A stretch of DNA of 55,028 nucleotides from Parerythrobacter sp. (lineage in GTDB: Bacteria; Pseudomonadota; Alphaproteobacteria; Sphingomonadales; Sphingomonadaceae). Within the stretch, counting starts at the first letter, position 1. Every line of letters starts with the position of its first letter. The position numbers and the translations under genes were made by a program. The stretch spans positions 1-55,028 of the forward strand of contig JBGSPZ010000013.1 in assembly GCA_041738375.1 (NCBI GenBank), written 5' to 3'. The notes beneath the pieces are model-generated. The model was not told the DNA's origin. It was given only the letters and a program-made list of their open reading frames with translations, and did not search any database. Positions 10,447 through 21,020 of the stretch are shown piece by piece.

Positions 10447-11592
10447 CTAGTGCGGCTTCAGCACATAGACCGGGCCGATATCGACCGCCTGTTCCATCTC
10501 GCCGAGTTCGATCACCACTTCGCCCGTGCCGGGGGCAACCGCTGCGGGCGCGCGGGTCTTCACGCGGATCAGCTGCCAGTTCGGCCCGACTTCCATCCGG
10601 TTCTGGGCGAAGCGGGATCTGGCTCCTTCCCCATGTTCCACGCTGATGCCGATCATCGCCCGTCCGGTCGGGGTCGCGGCGGAAACGGTGCGCGCGGCAA
10701 TGGCGATCTGGAATTCGTCCCCTTCGGCGAGAGCCTCGCCGATCGGAACCCTGGCGGTGACGCCTGACCCGGTGGCGGAACTGGCTGTCGAGACAAGCTT
10801 GGTCGCCTTGCCCAGCCAGATTCCCGGTTCATCGCGTGGCTCGCTCGATCCTGCCACGGCCGTGATTGCCCACTCGCGCGAGCGCGGATCGTTCAGCAAT
10901 TTACCCTGGCCCGCCAGCGGCGGAGGGATGAGGTTTTCGGCCGTCGGTGCCGGTGCGGCAGGGGCTGGGGCAGGGGTGCCTGCGATCGTCGATGCCCCGC
11001 TCACGATGATGGCTTGGCCAATCTCTAGGACTTGTTTGGTCCGGCCGAACTGGATGGCGACGATGCCGTCCTTGCGGCGTAGCTTTTGCTCGACCGGGGC
11101 GGTTACCTCGTACCAGTCCCATTCGGTTCCGATCTCGAGGGTCTTCTCGCCGAAGCCGGGGTAGGGCGGGGCATCCTGCTGGAAGCGGACACGTACGACG
11201 CCTTTGCCGTCGGGCGTGCTGGCCTCGACGGTGCGGGCCCAGAAGCCGATGGTGACCACATCGCCCCGTTCGACATCTCGGATCAGCGGGATGTTGGTCC
11301 CCGATGTGTAGATGAATTCGGTCGCCCGGTTGATGTGGAACCGCCGCGCGGCCCCGCCGCCGGGAATGCTCTCGTCGATGATCGATTCGGCGTAGAAGTC
11401 CGGCCCGTAGCTGTCCCAGTCGATCCGCGACGGATCACTTACGAGCACTCCCGGGAGTTGTTCGTCGAGCGCCTTGAGTTCTGGCGAGAGCGACTGCGCA
11501 ATTGCAGGTGACGGTAGCATCGCAGCAACCGCCAATGCCGACAGCGTGGCGAGCAGCGTGTGCCCGATTTTCCGGGAAGATCTGTGTTGCAC
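10447..11592 (-). CDS. Secreted hypothetical protein with two repeated beta-sandwich (CBM/galactose-binding-like) domains
   Basis: Signal peptide ending AIA-QS; internal repeat (IGFWARTVEASTPDGKG...IGTEWDWYEV...QVLEIGQAII versus IAIAARTVSAATPTGRA...VGPNWQLIRV...QAVDIGPVYV) joined by a PAPAP linker. Confidence 0.6.
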   Translation of the reverse strand: MQHRSSRKIGHTLLATLSALAVAAMLPSPAIAQSLSPELKALDEQLPGVLVSDPSRIDWDSYGPDFYAESIIDESIPGGGAARRFHINRATEFIYTSGTNIPLIRDVERGDVVTIGFWARTVEASTPDGKGVVRVRFQQDAPPYPGFGEKTLEIGTEWDWYEVTAPVEQKLRRKDGIVAIQFGRTKQVLEIGQAIIVSGASTIAGTPAPAPAAPAPTAENLIPPPLAGQGKLLNDPRSREWAITAVAGSSEPRDEPGIWLGKATKLVSTASSATGSGVTARVPIGEALAEGDEFQIAIAARTVSAATPTGRAMIGISVEHGEGARSRFAQNRMEVGPNWQLIRVKTRAPAAVAPGTGEVVIELGEMEQAVDIGPVYVLKPH

Positions 11593-11618
11593 TCGAGTTC
11601 TCCGCTCCCAACCGAGAT

Positions 11619-11632
11619 TGAGAACGTTAACA
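11619..11632. promoter_or_regulatory. LacI-family operator overlapping the putative -10 of the CBM-like gene
   Basis: TGAGAACGTTAACA, a CG-centred 14-bp TG...CA imperfect palindrome; minus-strand -35 TTGCAT lies upstream. Confidence 0.6.
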
Positions 11633-11697
11633 TTCCGCCAGACAGAAATGCAAGAGTGAAAAAGGGTGAGGCTTACGCCTAGAATTCCGAGGCTGAG

Positions 11698-12261
11698 TCA
11701 GCCGACCCCGTGTTCCTTGCGTGCAATCTCGTGCAGCCAGTCGGCGTGGCGCGGGGCCTTCTTGGTCTGGCTCCATTCGTCGAGCATCATCGGAGCAACC
11801 CGCTTGAGCTCGGCATACTGCTCGTCGGTGCCGATATCGGTCGCTAGTTCGACCCGGTGGCCGTTGGGATCGAAGAAATAGATCGACTTGAAGATGCCGT
11901 GATGCGTCGGGCCGAGCACGTCGATCCCGAGACCATCGATATGGGCCTTCGCAGCCAGCAGTTCCTCTTCGGAACCGACCTTGAACGCGAGATGCTGGAC
12001 CCATTCGGGGGTATTCGCATCGCGACCCATCTCGGGCTGGTTGGGCAGCTCGAAGAATGCAAGGATGTTGCCGTTCCCGGCGTCGAGGAATACGTGCATA
12101 TAGGGATCGTACGCACCGGTAGAAGGCACGTGATCCTCTGCAAAGGCCGTGGTGTAATCCATGCCCAGCACTTTGCCGTACCACTCGACGGTCTCTCTCG
12201 CGTCCTTGCAGCGATAAGCGGTGTGGTGGATGCCGCCCAACTTGACAGGATGAGCAGTCAT
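11698..12261 (-). CDS. VOC (glyoxalase/bleomycin resistance) family protein, hppD-linked
   Basis: [39 protein letters not shown]; ATGA overlap with the hppD stop. Confidence 0.88.
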   Translation of the reverse strand: MTAHPVKLGGIHHTAYRCKDARETVEWYGKVLGMDYTTAFAEDHVPSTGAYDPYMHVFLDAGNGNILAFFELPNQPEMGRDANTPEWVQHLAFKVGSEEELLAAKAHIDGLGIDVLGPTHHGIFKSIYFFDPNGHRVELATDIGTDEQYAELKRVAPMMLDEWSQTKKAPRHADWLHEIARKEHGVG

Positions 12262-13373
12262 TCCGCCGGCTCCTCGATCTTGAGCGCGCCGCGCTTGATC
12301 TGGTCGCGTTCCATGCTTTCGAACAGGGCCTTGAAGTTGCCTTCGCCGAAGCCCTCGTCGCCCTTGCGCTGGATGAATTCGAAGAACACCGGCCCAACTT
12401 GCGCCTCGGCGAAGATCTGGAGCAGGAGGCGGGGCTGGCCGACTGAGCCATCCTCATTTTTTGTGGTCCCGTCGAGCAGGATCCCGCGCGCCTTCAGCTC
12501 GTCGGCCGGCTCGCCGTGGCCCGGCAGGCGCTCGGCCAGCATCTCGTAATAGGTTTCGGGCGGCGCGGTCATGAAGGGCACGCCGAGCTGCTTGAGATTG
12601 TCCCAGCAGGTGAGCAGGTCGTCGCAGATCAGTGCGATATGCTGGATGCCTTCACCGTTGAACTGCTTGAGGAATTCCTCGATCTGGCCCTTGCCGCCTT
12701 CGCCTTCCTCGTTGAGCGGGATGCGGATCTTGCCGTCGGGCGCGGTGAGCGCCTTGGAGGTGAGACCGGTATACTCGCCCTTGATGTCGAAGAAGCGGAT
12801 CTCGCGGAAGTTGAACAGCGTTTCGTAATAGTCCGCCCAGTACTTCATCCGGCCGTTGTAGACGTTGTGGGTCAGGTGATCGATCAGCTTGAAGCCCGCG
12901 CCGACCGGGTGCTTGTCGGCGCCCGGCAGGTATTCGAAGTCGATATCGTAGATCGACAAGCCCTGGCCATCGTCACCCTCGTAGCGATCGATCAGGTAGA
13001 CGATCGCGCCGCCGATGCCGCGAATGGCGGGGATATGCAGTTCCATCGGCCCGGTCTGCACCGCCACCGGTTCCGCTCCGCGTGCGAGCAACTCGGCATA
13101 GGCCTTGCGCGCGTCGCGGACGCGGAATGCCATACCGCAGGCAGACGGCCCGTGTTCGCGGGCGAAGAACCAAGCCGCGCTCTTGGGTTCATAGTTGAGG
13201 ATCAGGTTGATCTGCCCCTGCCGCCACAGCTGCACGTCCTTCGAGCGGTGGTTGGCGACGTGGGTGAAGCCCATGGCTTGGAACACCGGCTCTATCGCGC
13301 CCCTCTCCGGGGCGCAGAACTCGACGAACTCGAAACCGTCGAGGCCGATGGGATTCTCGAAAAGATCGGGCAT
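12258..13373 (-). CDS. hppD: 4-hydroxyphenylpyruvate dioxygenase
   Basis: [65 protein letters not shown]. Confidence 0.96.
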   Translation of the reverse strand: MPDLFENPIGLDGFEFVEFCAPERGAIEPVFQAMGFTHVANHRSKDVQLWRQGQINLILNYEPKSAAWFFAREHGPSACGMAFRVRDARKAYAELLARGAEPVAVQTGPMELHIPAIRGIGGAIVYLIDRYEGDDGQGLSIYDIDFEYLPGADKHPVGAGFKLIDHLTHNVYNGRMKYWADYYETLFNFREIRFFDIKGEYTGLTSKALTAPDGKIRIPLNEEGEGGKGQIEEFLKQFNGEGIQHIALICDDLLTCWDNLKQLGVPFMTAPPETYYEMLAERLPGHGEPADELKARGILLDGTTKNEDGSVGQPRLLLQIFAEAQVGPVFFEFIQRKGDEGFGEGNFKALFESMERDQIKRGALKIEEPAE

Positions 13374-13393
13374 GGGCTGGTTTCCTCTCAAAC

Positions 13394-13411
13394 TGGTTTC
13401 AGTTGTAACCA
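13394..13411. promoter_or_regulatory. Palindromic operator candidate upstream of hppD
   Basis: TGGTTTCA-GT-TGTAACCA, 18 bp with 7 of 8 arm pairs matching, in the divergent hppD/ACAD spacer. Confidence 0.5.
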
Positions 13412-13500
13412 ATTGCCGGGTGAATTGCAAGCTTGCTTCCCGTTTGACTCGTCGTCGCGCACCGCTAATCGATCCAGCGGTAACGTCGAGAGGTAAGCAT

Positions 13501-14658
13501 ATGCACGAACGCGAGGATCTCGCCGAAATTCGCCGGGCGGTTCGCGCGCTGTGCGAGGAGTTTCCCGGAGAGTACTGGCGCGAAAAGGATCGCGAGCGTG
13601 CCTATCCCGGCGAATTCGTCGATGCGCTGACCCGGGCCGGTTTCCTCGCAGCACTGATCCCGGAGGAATACGGCGGCAGCGGCCTCAAGCTCGATTCCGC
13701 GGCGGTGATCATGGAGGAAATCCAGGCCGCCGGCTGCAATGGCGCGGCCGCCCATGCGCAAATGTACGTCATGAACACGCTGCTGCGCTACGGCAGCGAG
13801 GAGCAGAAGCGGACCTATCTGCCCCGCATCGCGGCGGGCGAGTTGCGCCTGCAGGCCTTTGGTGTTTCGGAACCCACCAGCGGGACCGATACGCTTTCGC
13901 TCAAGACCCGCGCCGTGCGCGAGGGCGACGAGTACGTGATCAACGGCCAGAAGATCTGGACGAGCCGCGCCGAGCATTCGGATCTCATGGCCTTGCTGGC
14001 CCGCACCACCTCGCGCGACCAGGTGGCGAGCAAGACCGAAGGCCTCTCGCTGTTCCTCGTCGATATGCGAACAGCGGTCGGAAACGGCATGACGATCAAG
14101 CCGATCCGCACAATGATGAACCACTCGACGACCGAGGTGTTCTTCGACGACCTGCGCATTCCCGCCAATGCGCTGATCGGCGAGGAGGGGAAGGGGTTCC
14201 GTTACATCCTTTCAGGGATGAATGCCGAGCGTATCCTGATCGCCGCCGAGTGCATCGGCGATGCGAAGTGGTTCATTGAGCGAGCAACCGGTTATGCGAA
14301 AGAGCGCAGCGTATTCGGCGCGCCGATCGGGAAAAATCAGGGAATCCAGTTTCCTATCGCGCGTTGTTACGCCCAGATGCGTGCGGCAGAGCTGATGGTC
14401 CACCACGCCGCCGAGGTGTATGACCGGGGTGGGAATGCGGGTGCCGAAGCCAATATGGCAAAGATGCTCGCTTCCGAAGCGAGCTGGGCCGCGGCGGACA
14501 TGTGCGTTCAGACGCATGGCGGTTTCGGGTTCGCCGAGGAATACGATGTCGAGCGCAAGTTCCGCGAGGCGCGGCTCTATACGGTCGCGCCGATATCGAC
14601 CAATCTGATCCTTAGCTATCTGGCCGAGCACGTGCTGGGTCTCCCGCGTTCCTACTGA
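13501..14658 (+). CDS. Acyl-CoA dehydrogenase family protein
   Basis: [62 protein letters not shown]; GAGG SD upstream. Confidence 0.92.
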   Translation: MHEREDLAEIRRAVRALCEEFPGEYWREKDRERAYPGEFVDALTRAGFLAALIPEEYGGSGLKLDSAAVIMEEIQAAGCNGAAAHAQMYVMNTLLRYGSEEQKRTYLPRIAAGELRLQAFGVSEPTSGTDTLSLKTRAVREGDEYVINGQKIWTSRAEHSDLMALLARTTSRDQVASKTEGLSLFLVDMRTAVGNGMTIKPIRTMMNHSTTEVFFDDLRIPANALIGEEGKGFRYILSGMNAERILIAAECIGDAKWFIERATGYAKERSVFGAPIGKNQGIQFPIARCYAQMRAAELMVHHAAEVYDRGGNAGAEANMAKMLASEASWAAADMCVQTHGGFGFAEEYDVERKFREARLYTVAPISTNLILSYLAEHVLGLPRSY

Positions 14659-14710
14659 AATTTAGAAATACCGCTTGATCTGTTGTATTAACTGTGATTC
14701 TAGTGCCGTC

Positions 14711-15031
14711 GTGACACGTGAGGGACATCGGATCAGGCTACGGAGGGAGCAGGTCGTGCAAGTCGCGGCGCTGTGCCTACTGCTATTGCTTGCCGGCCTT
14801 GCGATTGCAGGCCCCAGCGGCCTGCTTGCATGGAGCGAAAATTCGCGTCTGCTCGAACAGCGCAATGCTCAGCTTGTCGCGCTGGTCGAGGAACGTGACC
14901 GGCTGCAAAACCTCGTCGATCTGCTCAACCCCCAACAGGCCGATCCCGACCTTGTCAGCCAATTGTTGCGGCAAAACCAGAACATGGTCCACCCGGACGA
15001 GGTCGTACTGACTTTGCCGGAAGCCGAATAG
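14711..15031 (+). CDS. ftsB: Septum formation initiator FtsB/DivIC family
   Basis: TM helix, GPSGLLAW, coiled coil, DPDLVSQLLR..MVHPDEVV; immediately upstream of pdhA as in other alphaproteobacteria. Confidence 0.8.
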   Translation: MTREGHRIRLRREQVVQVAALCLLLLLAGLAIAGPSGLLAWSENSRLLEQRNAQLVALVEERDRLQNLVDLLNPQQADPDLVSQLLRQNQNMVHPDEVVLTLPEAE

Positions 15032-15166
15032 ACGCTTCTTTCCAATCGTTCCATTGCGGGATTTCGTATGCATGGGCCATCGGCCCGTTGCGTGACGCTA
15101 CGTCTTGGGCCAATAGGCTGTCACGAGCCTCAAACGGCCCCATGACAAAAACAGGGATGATGCGCC

Positions 15167-16267
15167 TTGGCAAAAGAATCTCGGACCAGGAAATCCACCG
15201 CGAAAACGACCGCTACGGTGGAGGCCAAGCCTACGGCAGCACCAGACGATTTCATTCTGCACTCCCTGCAGGAAACGCATGAAAAGTCGCGCAAATACGA
15301 CGCCAGCCTCGAGGAAATGCTGCATTTCTACGAGCAAATGCTGCTTATCCGCCGGTTCGAAGGAAAGGCCGGGCAGCTCTACGGTCTGGGCCTGATCGGC
15401 GGCTTCTGCCACCTCTATATCGGGCAAGAAGCGGTTGCGGTGGGCCTGCAGTCTGCCCTGACCGAGAAGCTCGACAGCGTTATCACGGGCTATCGCGACC
15501 ACGGTCACATGCTCGCCTATGGCATCGATCCAAAGGTCATCATGGCCGAACTGACCGGCCGCCAGGCGGGCATCTCCAAGGGCAAGGGCGGCTCGATGCA
15601 CATGTTCAGCACCGAGCACAAATTTTATGGCGGCCACGGCATCGTCGGTGCGCAAGTCGCGCTGGGCGGCGGGCTTGCGCTGGCCCACCAGTACAACGGC
15701 GATGGCGGGATTTGCCTCGCGTATTTCGGCGACGGTGCATCGAACCAAGGGCAGGTGTACGAGACGTTCAACATGGCCGCCCTGTGGAAGCTGCCGATCG
15801 TTTTCGTGATCGAGAACAACGGCTATGCCATGGGCACGGCGGTCAAGCGCGGCTCGGCCGAAACCGAATTCCACCGCCGCGGTACGGCCTTCCGCATACC
15901 CGGAATGGATGTGAACGGGATGGATGTGCTCGAAGTGCGCAATGCGGCGGAGATCGCCTTCAAGCATGTGCGCGAAGGCAATGGGCCGGTGCTGATGGAG
16001 CTCAACACCTATCGCTACCGCGGGCATTCGATGTTCGATCCGGCAAAGTATCGCACCCGCGAGGAAGTGCAGGAGCAGCGCGACCAGCACGACCCGATCG
16101 ACGGGCTCAAGAAGGTGCTCCTCGAAATGGGCAAGTCCGAGGACGATCTCAAGGCAATCGACAAGGATATTCGCAAGATCGTGGCAGAAGCGGCTGATTT
16201 TTCGGAAAGTTCGCCGGAGCCTGCGCCTGCGGAACTCTACACCGATGTGCTGGTGGAGGAGTATTGA
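15167..16267 (+). CDS. pdhA: Pyruvate dehydrogenase E1 alpha subunit
   Basis: GFCHLYIGQEAV, YRDHGH, GKGGSMH, FGDGASNQG TPP motif, TYRYRGHSM. Confidence 0.96.
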   Translation: MAKESRTRKSTAKTTATVEAKPTAAPDDFILHSLQETHEKSRKYDASLEEMLHFYEQMLLIRRFEGKAGQLYGLGLIGGFCHLYIGQEAVAVGLQSALTEKLDSVITGYRDHGHMLAYGIDPKVIMAELTGRQAGISKGKGGSMHMFSTEHKFYGGHGIVGAQVALGGGLALAHQYNGDGGICLAYFGDGASNQGQVYETFNMAALWKLPIVFVIENNGYAMGTAVKRGSAETEFHRRGTAFRIPGMDVNGMDVLEVRNAAEIAFKHVREGNGPVLMELNTYRYRGHSMFDPAKYRTREEVQEQRDQHDPIDGLKKVLLEMGKSEDDLKAIDKDIRKIVAEAADFSESSPEPAPAELYTDVLVEEY

Positions 16268-16270
16268 GCC

Positions 16271-17623
16271 ATGGCGATCGAACTCAAGATGCCCGCGCTT
16301 TCGCCGACCATGGAAGAAGGCACGCTCGCCAAATGGCTCAAGGCCGAGGGTGACGAGATCGCTCCGGGCGACATCATCGCCGAGATCGAAACCGACAAGG
16401 CAACGATGGAATTCGAAGCCATCGACGAAGGGGTCCTGACCAAGATTCTTGTCGCCGAGGGAACCGAGAACGTTGCCGTCGGCACCGTGATTGCGCTGAT
16501 CGCAGGCGAAGGCGAGGAAGCGGCTGCTCCGTCTCCGGCGGCGGAGCCGGCGCCTGCTCCCGCGCCGACCCCGGCACCCGCAGCAGAACGGCCCAAGTCG
16601 GAACCGAAATCCGATCCTGCGATTCCCGCCGGTACCAACATGGCGAGCGTGACCGTGCGCGAAGCCCTGCGCGATGCGATGGCGGAAGAAATGCGCCGCG
16701 ACGAGCGCGTGTTCATCATGGGCGAGGAAGTCGCGCAGTATCAGGGCGCCTACAAGGTAACACAGGGCCTGCTCGACGAATTCGGTCCGAAGCGGGTGAT
16801 CGACACCCCGATCACCGAATATGGTTTCGCGGGCATCGGCACCGGCGCGGCGATGGGCGGCCTCAGGCCAATTGTCGAGTTCATGACCTTCAATTTCGCC
16901 ATGCAGGCGATCGACCACATCATCAACTCTGCGGCCAAGACCAACTACATGTCGGGCGGCCAGATGCGTTGCCCGGTGGTGTTCCGCGGCCCCAATGGCG
17001 CAGCGAGCCGGGTGGGTGCGCAGCACAGCCAGAACTACGGGCCGTGGTACGCCAGCGTGCCCGGCCTGATCGTGATCGCACCCTATGATTCTTCGGATGC
17101 CAAAGGCCTGATGAAAGCCGCGATCCGCTGCGAGGATCCGGTGGTGTTCCTCGAAAACGAACTGGTCTATGGCAAGAGCTTCGAGTTGCCCGAACTCGAC
17201 GATCACGTGCTGCCGATCGGCAAGGCGCGGATCGTGCGCGAGGGTTCCGATGTCACCATCGTCAGCTATTCGATCGGCGTCGGCTTCGCACTCGAAGCAG
17301 CCGAAACGCTGGCGGGCGAGGGGATCGAGGCGGAGATCATCGACCTGCGCACGCTGCGCCCGCTCGACAAGCAGGCGATTCTTGACAGCCTCGCCAAGAC
17401 CAATCGCCTGGTCATTGCGGAAGAAGGTTGGCCGGTGTGCTCGATCGCGTCGGAAGTGATCGCGATCTGCATGGAGGACGGCTTCGACCATCTCGATGCG
17501 CCGGTGCTGCGGGTGTGCAACGAGGACGTGCCGCTGCCCTATGCCGCCAATCTGGAGAAGCTGGCACTGATCGATGCTGCGCGAATTGCCGAGGCAGTTC
17601 GAAAGGTTTGCTACAAGGGTTGA
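16271..17623 (+). CDS. pdhB: Pyruvate dehydrogenase E1 beta subunit with N-terminal lipoyl domain
   Basis: [21 protein letters not shown] lipoyl Lys, Pro/Ala linker, [23 protein letters not shown]. Confidence 0.96.
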   Translation: MAIELKMPALSPTMEEGTLAKWLKAEGDEIAPGDIIAEIETDKATMEFEAIDEGVLTKILVAEGTENVAVGTVIALIAGEGEEAAAPSPAAEPAPAPAPTPAPAAERPKSEPKSDPAIPAGTNMASVTVREALRDAMAEEMRRDERVFIMGEEVAQYQGAYKVTQGLLDEFGPKRVIDTPITEYGFAGIGTGAAMGGLRPIVEFMTFNFAMQAIDHIINSAAKTNYMSGGQMRCPVVFRGPNGAASRVGAQHSQNYGPWYASVPGLIVIAPYDSSDAKGLMKAAIRCEDPVVFLENELVYGKSFELPELDDHVLPIGKARIVREGSDVTIVSYSIGVGFALEAAETLAGEGIEAEIIDLRTLRPLDKQAILDSLAKTNRLVIAEEGWPVCSIASEVIAICMEDGFDHLDAPVLRVCNEDVPLPYAANLEKLALIDAARIAEAVRKVCYKG

Positions 17624-17645
17624 TTAACCGACGTCGGGAGGGCGG

Positions 17646-18413
17646 TCAGGTCTTTCCTCCGCTCGACGATCCGCCGCCGAACCAGTTCCAGTTCCACCCG
17701 CCGGATTTCGAAGCGGGAAGGGTGGGTTTGGTCTTGTACCCGCTATAATTGGTACAGGCCGAAACGGGATCCGGATCCGCCGGATCGGCCTGATAGATCT
17801 GGGTGATGTCGCGGCTGTCGCGAACATTGAAGGACGAGAACACCGTGATTTCGCGGTCGGTGATGAACGCATCGGTCACGACTGGCTGATAGGTATAGGA
17901 TATCTCGACGAAGATTACCGCCTCGCCGGGCATGGCGATAACCTGCTCGCCGGGCGGTCCCATCCCGAGAAAGGACGGGTCGCCCTTGCCGTCTCCCTCT
18001 TCGCCGTAGCTCGAAGTGAAGGCCTTCTTCCCCATGCAGCGTTGCCAGTGGATATACTGCTGGGTGCCGGTGGGGTCGTCCGGGTCAACCTCGAGGCTGC
18101 TGACAATCACCCTTCCGTATTCCATCAGGTCGATCTTGTCGCCGGTCTGCAAGTCGACGCCGTAGAGTAGATCGTTGAGATCGGCTTCATAGATCTTCCG
18201 GTCCACGAGGGTGCTCGTATCCCCCACACGAGACGCGTTGTCGGCGACATGCATTGCCGACTGACTGATCTCCATGTGAACGATGGCAAAGTTCGCCATT
18301 TCGAGGCCGTAGAGCCCCACCGTCAGCATGAGCGGCGCGGCAAGCGCGAACTCGGTCATGGCGACTGCAGCCGTGTCGCGCTTCAAGCGCCGGAGGAAAC
18401 TGCGCGACACCAT
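17646..18413 (-). CDS. TadE/TadF-like Flp pilus minor pilin (cassette 1, third gene)
   Basis: LKRDTAA|VAMTEFALAAP prepilin-like N-terminus, VADNASRVG, GRVIVSSLE, YIHWQRC, VIFVEISYTY. Confidence 0.85.
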   Translation of the reverse strand: MVSRSFLRRLKRDTAAVAMTEFALAAPLMLTVGLYGLEMANFAIVHMEISQSAMHVADNASRVGDTSTLVDRKIYEADLNDLLYGVDLQTGDKIDLMEYGRVIVSSLEVDPDDPTGTQQYIHWQRCMGKKAFTSSYGEEGDGKGDPSFLGMGPPGEQVIAMPGEAVIFVEISYTYQPVVTDAFITDREITVFSSFNVRDSRDITQIYQADPADPDPVSACTNYSGYKTKPTLPASKSGGWNWNWFGGGSSSGGKT

Positions 18414-19000
18414 CAGCCGCAATTCCCGAAGCCGCTTTTTTCGATCGTCTGCGCGAAGGGCTGGTTGCGCAGCACCGTGGTCGTCGAGGTGCGGAAATTC
18501 GGCGATATGCCAATGAAGGCGGCCAGCGGGAAGGCGCGCGGATATTCTACCACGACTTCGTAAAGCACAGCATCGCGTGCGCTGCCTTGACCGCTTGTTC
18601 CGCGGTCATGGTCCCAAGTCCCGTTGCCGTTGGTATCTTCGTAGGGCTCGCCGTCATTGCAGGTACCGTCGCCATTGACGTCGGTGAAATCCTCGGGCCG
18701 CGAAACATCGCTGAATTCCGAATAGGCGGTGCGTTTGAAGGTCAGTTTGGCGTCAGGAGCGATGTCTTTCACCGCTTCGGTTACCTTGGCATCGAGCACC
18801 GCCGCGGTTGCGCCTTCGATGGTGGAATTGCGCGCGGATTGCTGGACTGCGCCGGTAAGCTGGGTGTTGGTGTACATATTGTACGACATGTCGAACAGGC
18901 CGACGAGCATAAGGCACAGCGTCGGCGCGATCAGGGCGAATTCGACCAGCGCTGCACCCTCGGTGTTGCGCCTGAGGTTGGAAAGCAGGCGGGTCATCAT
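18413..19000 (-). CDS. TadE-like Flp pilus minor pilin (cassette 1, second gene)
   Basis: RRNTEG|AALVEFALIAP, DVNGDG/DTNGNG loops, LRNQPF C-terminal motif. Confidence 0.87.
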   Translation of the reverse strand: MMTRLLSNLRRNTEGAALVEFALIAPTLCLMLVGLFDMSYNMYTNTQLTGAVQQSARNSTIEGATAAVLDAKVTEAVKDIAPDAKLTFKRTAYSEFSDVSRPEDFTDVNGDGTCNDGEPYEDTNGNGTWDHDRGTSGQGSARDAVLYEVVVEYPRAFPLAAFIGISPNFRTSTTTVLRNQPFAQTIEKSGFGNCG

Positions 19001-20922
19001 TCGGTGATCCGCAGGTCGGCCATCTGCTTCGCGATCGAAATGAAGGCTTCGTTCAGTTCGACCGCATTCGAAGCTTCAAAGTAATGGCCCGTCCCGGCGC
19101 AATCGACCATCGCCTGGTTGACGGTCGTCCCGAAGGCAATTGTCCACACCGTGATGTTGCGCTTTTTGGCTTCGAGGCATGCCACCTTGAAGCGCTGCTC
19201 GACATGGCTCGCGAGAGAGACCGTGTCGTCGCGACTCCACCGGCGCTGGTCGAGCGCGTCGACCCCGTAAGCACCATAGGCGATGTCGTATGGCTCGGTC
19301 TGACCGTCGGTCAGGAAAATGATGTGACGCGTGCGCGCCCCGCCGCTGGTTCCGCCGTTCTCCGACGCGAAGATCCCGGTCGGCGAGATCAGGCGGGCGC
19401 CCCAGATCATGCCGATATCGTGATAGGTCGCCCCCATCGGGATGAGCGTATCGAGATAGGCGTTGAGCTCGTCGGTCTTCATCGGCGTCAGCTTCTGCGC
19501 CTTCCCCGTGGGGCAATCGGAAAACCACCAGTTGCCGGTGTCGGCATAGTCGTTCTCCGACGTGACCTGCTTGGTCGAGATCGGGCCGGTCCCGTCCATC
19601 GCGATTTCGCGAACATAGATCTTGGCCGGGTACATCGGTCGCCATTGGGTGTCGGAATCGCCGGGTGTTGGGACGGTGTCGATGTCGAGATCCATCGCCT
19701 TGTCGAGATTGACCGCAGCGTAGTCGCTGATCTGATAGGTGCTGCGTTCCTCTACGCAGCCCTTCGTCTCGGCGCGCCAGTTGGAGACATCGCTTTCGAT
19801 CGGGGCATAGAGCCACTTGGCGGTCAGTTCGGGAACGGCGGTAACCCGCTCGAAGTCCTGCACATAATCCTTGGACTCCAGGTATCGGAGTTCGCAGTTC
19901 TTGCCATTCAGAGTGGTTTGGTACCGCCGACCATTTTCGGTTCCGCGCATCGGCTGGATGGTAAGAACCGCAGGAGGAGATTTCTGAAGCTCGATGCGTT
20001 TCTTCCCGTTTTCAACCTCGGTCCAGACAAGGGTATCGGCCGGTTGCGCGCCGTCGCACGTGTACCAGCCAGCGGTGTCACCCGATCCGGATTCATGATA
20101 GGTCGCCGCATAGGTTGAAAGCAGATCCCAATTGTTCCAGTCACCACGTGTACCCGACACTTCGGTCCAGTTGCGGTCGTAGGTGTCGCCTTTGACATTG
20201 ACCGCGAAGCCAGCCTCGACCCGGCTCTGGTACTCCCACTTATCCGTTACCCACTCGTCCTTGAGGAGGTGGCCCACATTCACGTTGGTGGCATAGGGCA
20301 CGAAGCCATATCGAACCTCGGCGCCCGGGGCGCGGGACGATTCGAGTTCGGCATGGAAGTTCCGGATGACCTGCTTCATCGAGTCGATGCGCGAGAGCGA
20401 GTCGCCCGGATTGGTGTGGCGCATGGAACCGGTGACATCGAGCACCATCATGACATCGACAGCCGAGAAGTTGAGGTTGGACTCGCATTCGACCGCTACG
20501 GGGATTTCCTCGAAGCCAAACACGCCCATGATCGTGGTCGGCACATCGACCGAGGCCTGCCCGGAGATCGAGTAGTCACCGTTCAGCGTCATGCGGAAGT
20601 TGCGATTGTCGGTGCCGTAGATACCGCTGCGGTAATTGATGTTGAAGAAGCGGTTGCCCATGGTGGCGACATCGCTCGGGACCGAGCCTGTCACCACGGC
20701 GGTTGTGCCCAGCTTCTTGCGGGCTGCCAGCACACCGGCATCGCAGGCCTGCTGGAGGCGGCTCTCGGCCAAATAGGCGCGGCCCATATCCACACCGCCA
20801 CCGACAATCCCGAGCAGCGGGAGGATGGCCGCGGCAAGCAAGGCAAGCGTATTGCCAGCCGCATCGCGCGCCAGCCTGGCCATCGTTCCAGGGGTCCGGA
20901 ATGTCGGTTCATGCCCACTCAT
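18997..20922 (-). CDS. TadG-like pilus tip protein with vWA domain (cassette 1; alternative start 20883)
   Basis: RDAAGN + TM, GGGVDMGRAY, LQQACDAGVLA, MIDAS LDVTGSM, YGFVPY, DIGMIWGARL, IIFLTDG. Confidence 0.87.
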   Translation of the reverse strand: MSGHEPTFRTPGTMARLARDAAGNTLALLAAAILPLLGIVGGGVDMGRAYLAESRLQQACDAGVLAARKKLGTTAVVTGSVPSDVATMGNRFFNINYRSGIYGTDNRNFRMTLNGDYSISGQASVDVPTTIMGVFGFEEIPVAVECESNLNFSAVDVMMVLDVTGSMRHTNPGDSLSRIDSMKQVIRNFHAELESSRAPGAEVRYGFVPYATNVNVGHLLKDEWVTDKWEYQSRVEAGFAVNVKGDTYDRNWTEVSGTRGDWNNWDLLSTYAATYHESGSGDTAGWYTCDGAQPADTLVWTEVENGKKRIELQKSPPAVLTIQPMRGTENGRRYQTTLNGKNCELRYLESKDYVQDFERVTAVPELTAKWLYAPIESDVSNWRAETKGCVEERSTYQISDYAAVNLDKAMDLDIDTVPTPGDSDTQWRPMYPAKIYVREIAMDGTGPISTKQVTSENDYADTGNWWFSDCPTGKAQKLTPMKTDELNAYLDTLIPMGATYHDIGMIWGARLISPTGIFASENGGTSGGARTRHIIFLTDGQTEPYDIAYGAYGVDALDQRRWSRDDTVSLASHVEQRFKVACLEAKKRNITVWTIAFGTTVNQAMVDCAGTGHYFEASNAVELNEAFISIAKQMADLRITE

Positions 20923-21005
20923 GCCACCAGCGCATACGCGCAGGAGATGGCCGCATGGCAAACGATTTTGGTTAATATTTCCGATATTTATGAAAGGCTG
21001 GCGGT

Positions 21006-21020
21006 TTAGGAATTGTTTAA
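21006..21020. promoter_or_regulatory. CtrA-like box between the divergent tadG genes
   Basis: TTAG-GAATTGT-TTAA (TTAA-N7-TTAA with one mismatch), plus a TTAACC half-site on the minus strand at 20970-20975. Confidence 0.5.

Noticed and set aside
14675-14705. CtrA/GcrA-CcrM elements upstream of ftsB (TTAAC, GATTC)
   Set aside because: Only a half-site and a single GANTC; could be chance.
9079-14710. Genomic island integrated at tRNA-Arg
   Set aside because: No integrase and no duplicated tRNA 3' end seen; composition and KOPS orientation look native.
16525-16585. Short tandem-like repeats (also in the secG tail and the 10940-10980 linker)
   Set aside because: Encode ordinary Pro/Ala linkers; not CRISPR or VNTR arrays.
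15098-17491. 797-aa minus-strand ORF, and similar long antisense ORFs (1040..2479, 5191..6330, 31957..33405, 45215..46528, 53237..54268)
   Set aside because: Shadow frames opposite well-supported genes; expected from high-GC codon bias; no recognisable motifs.
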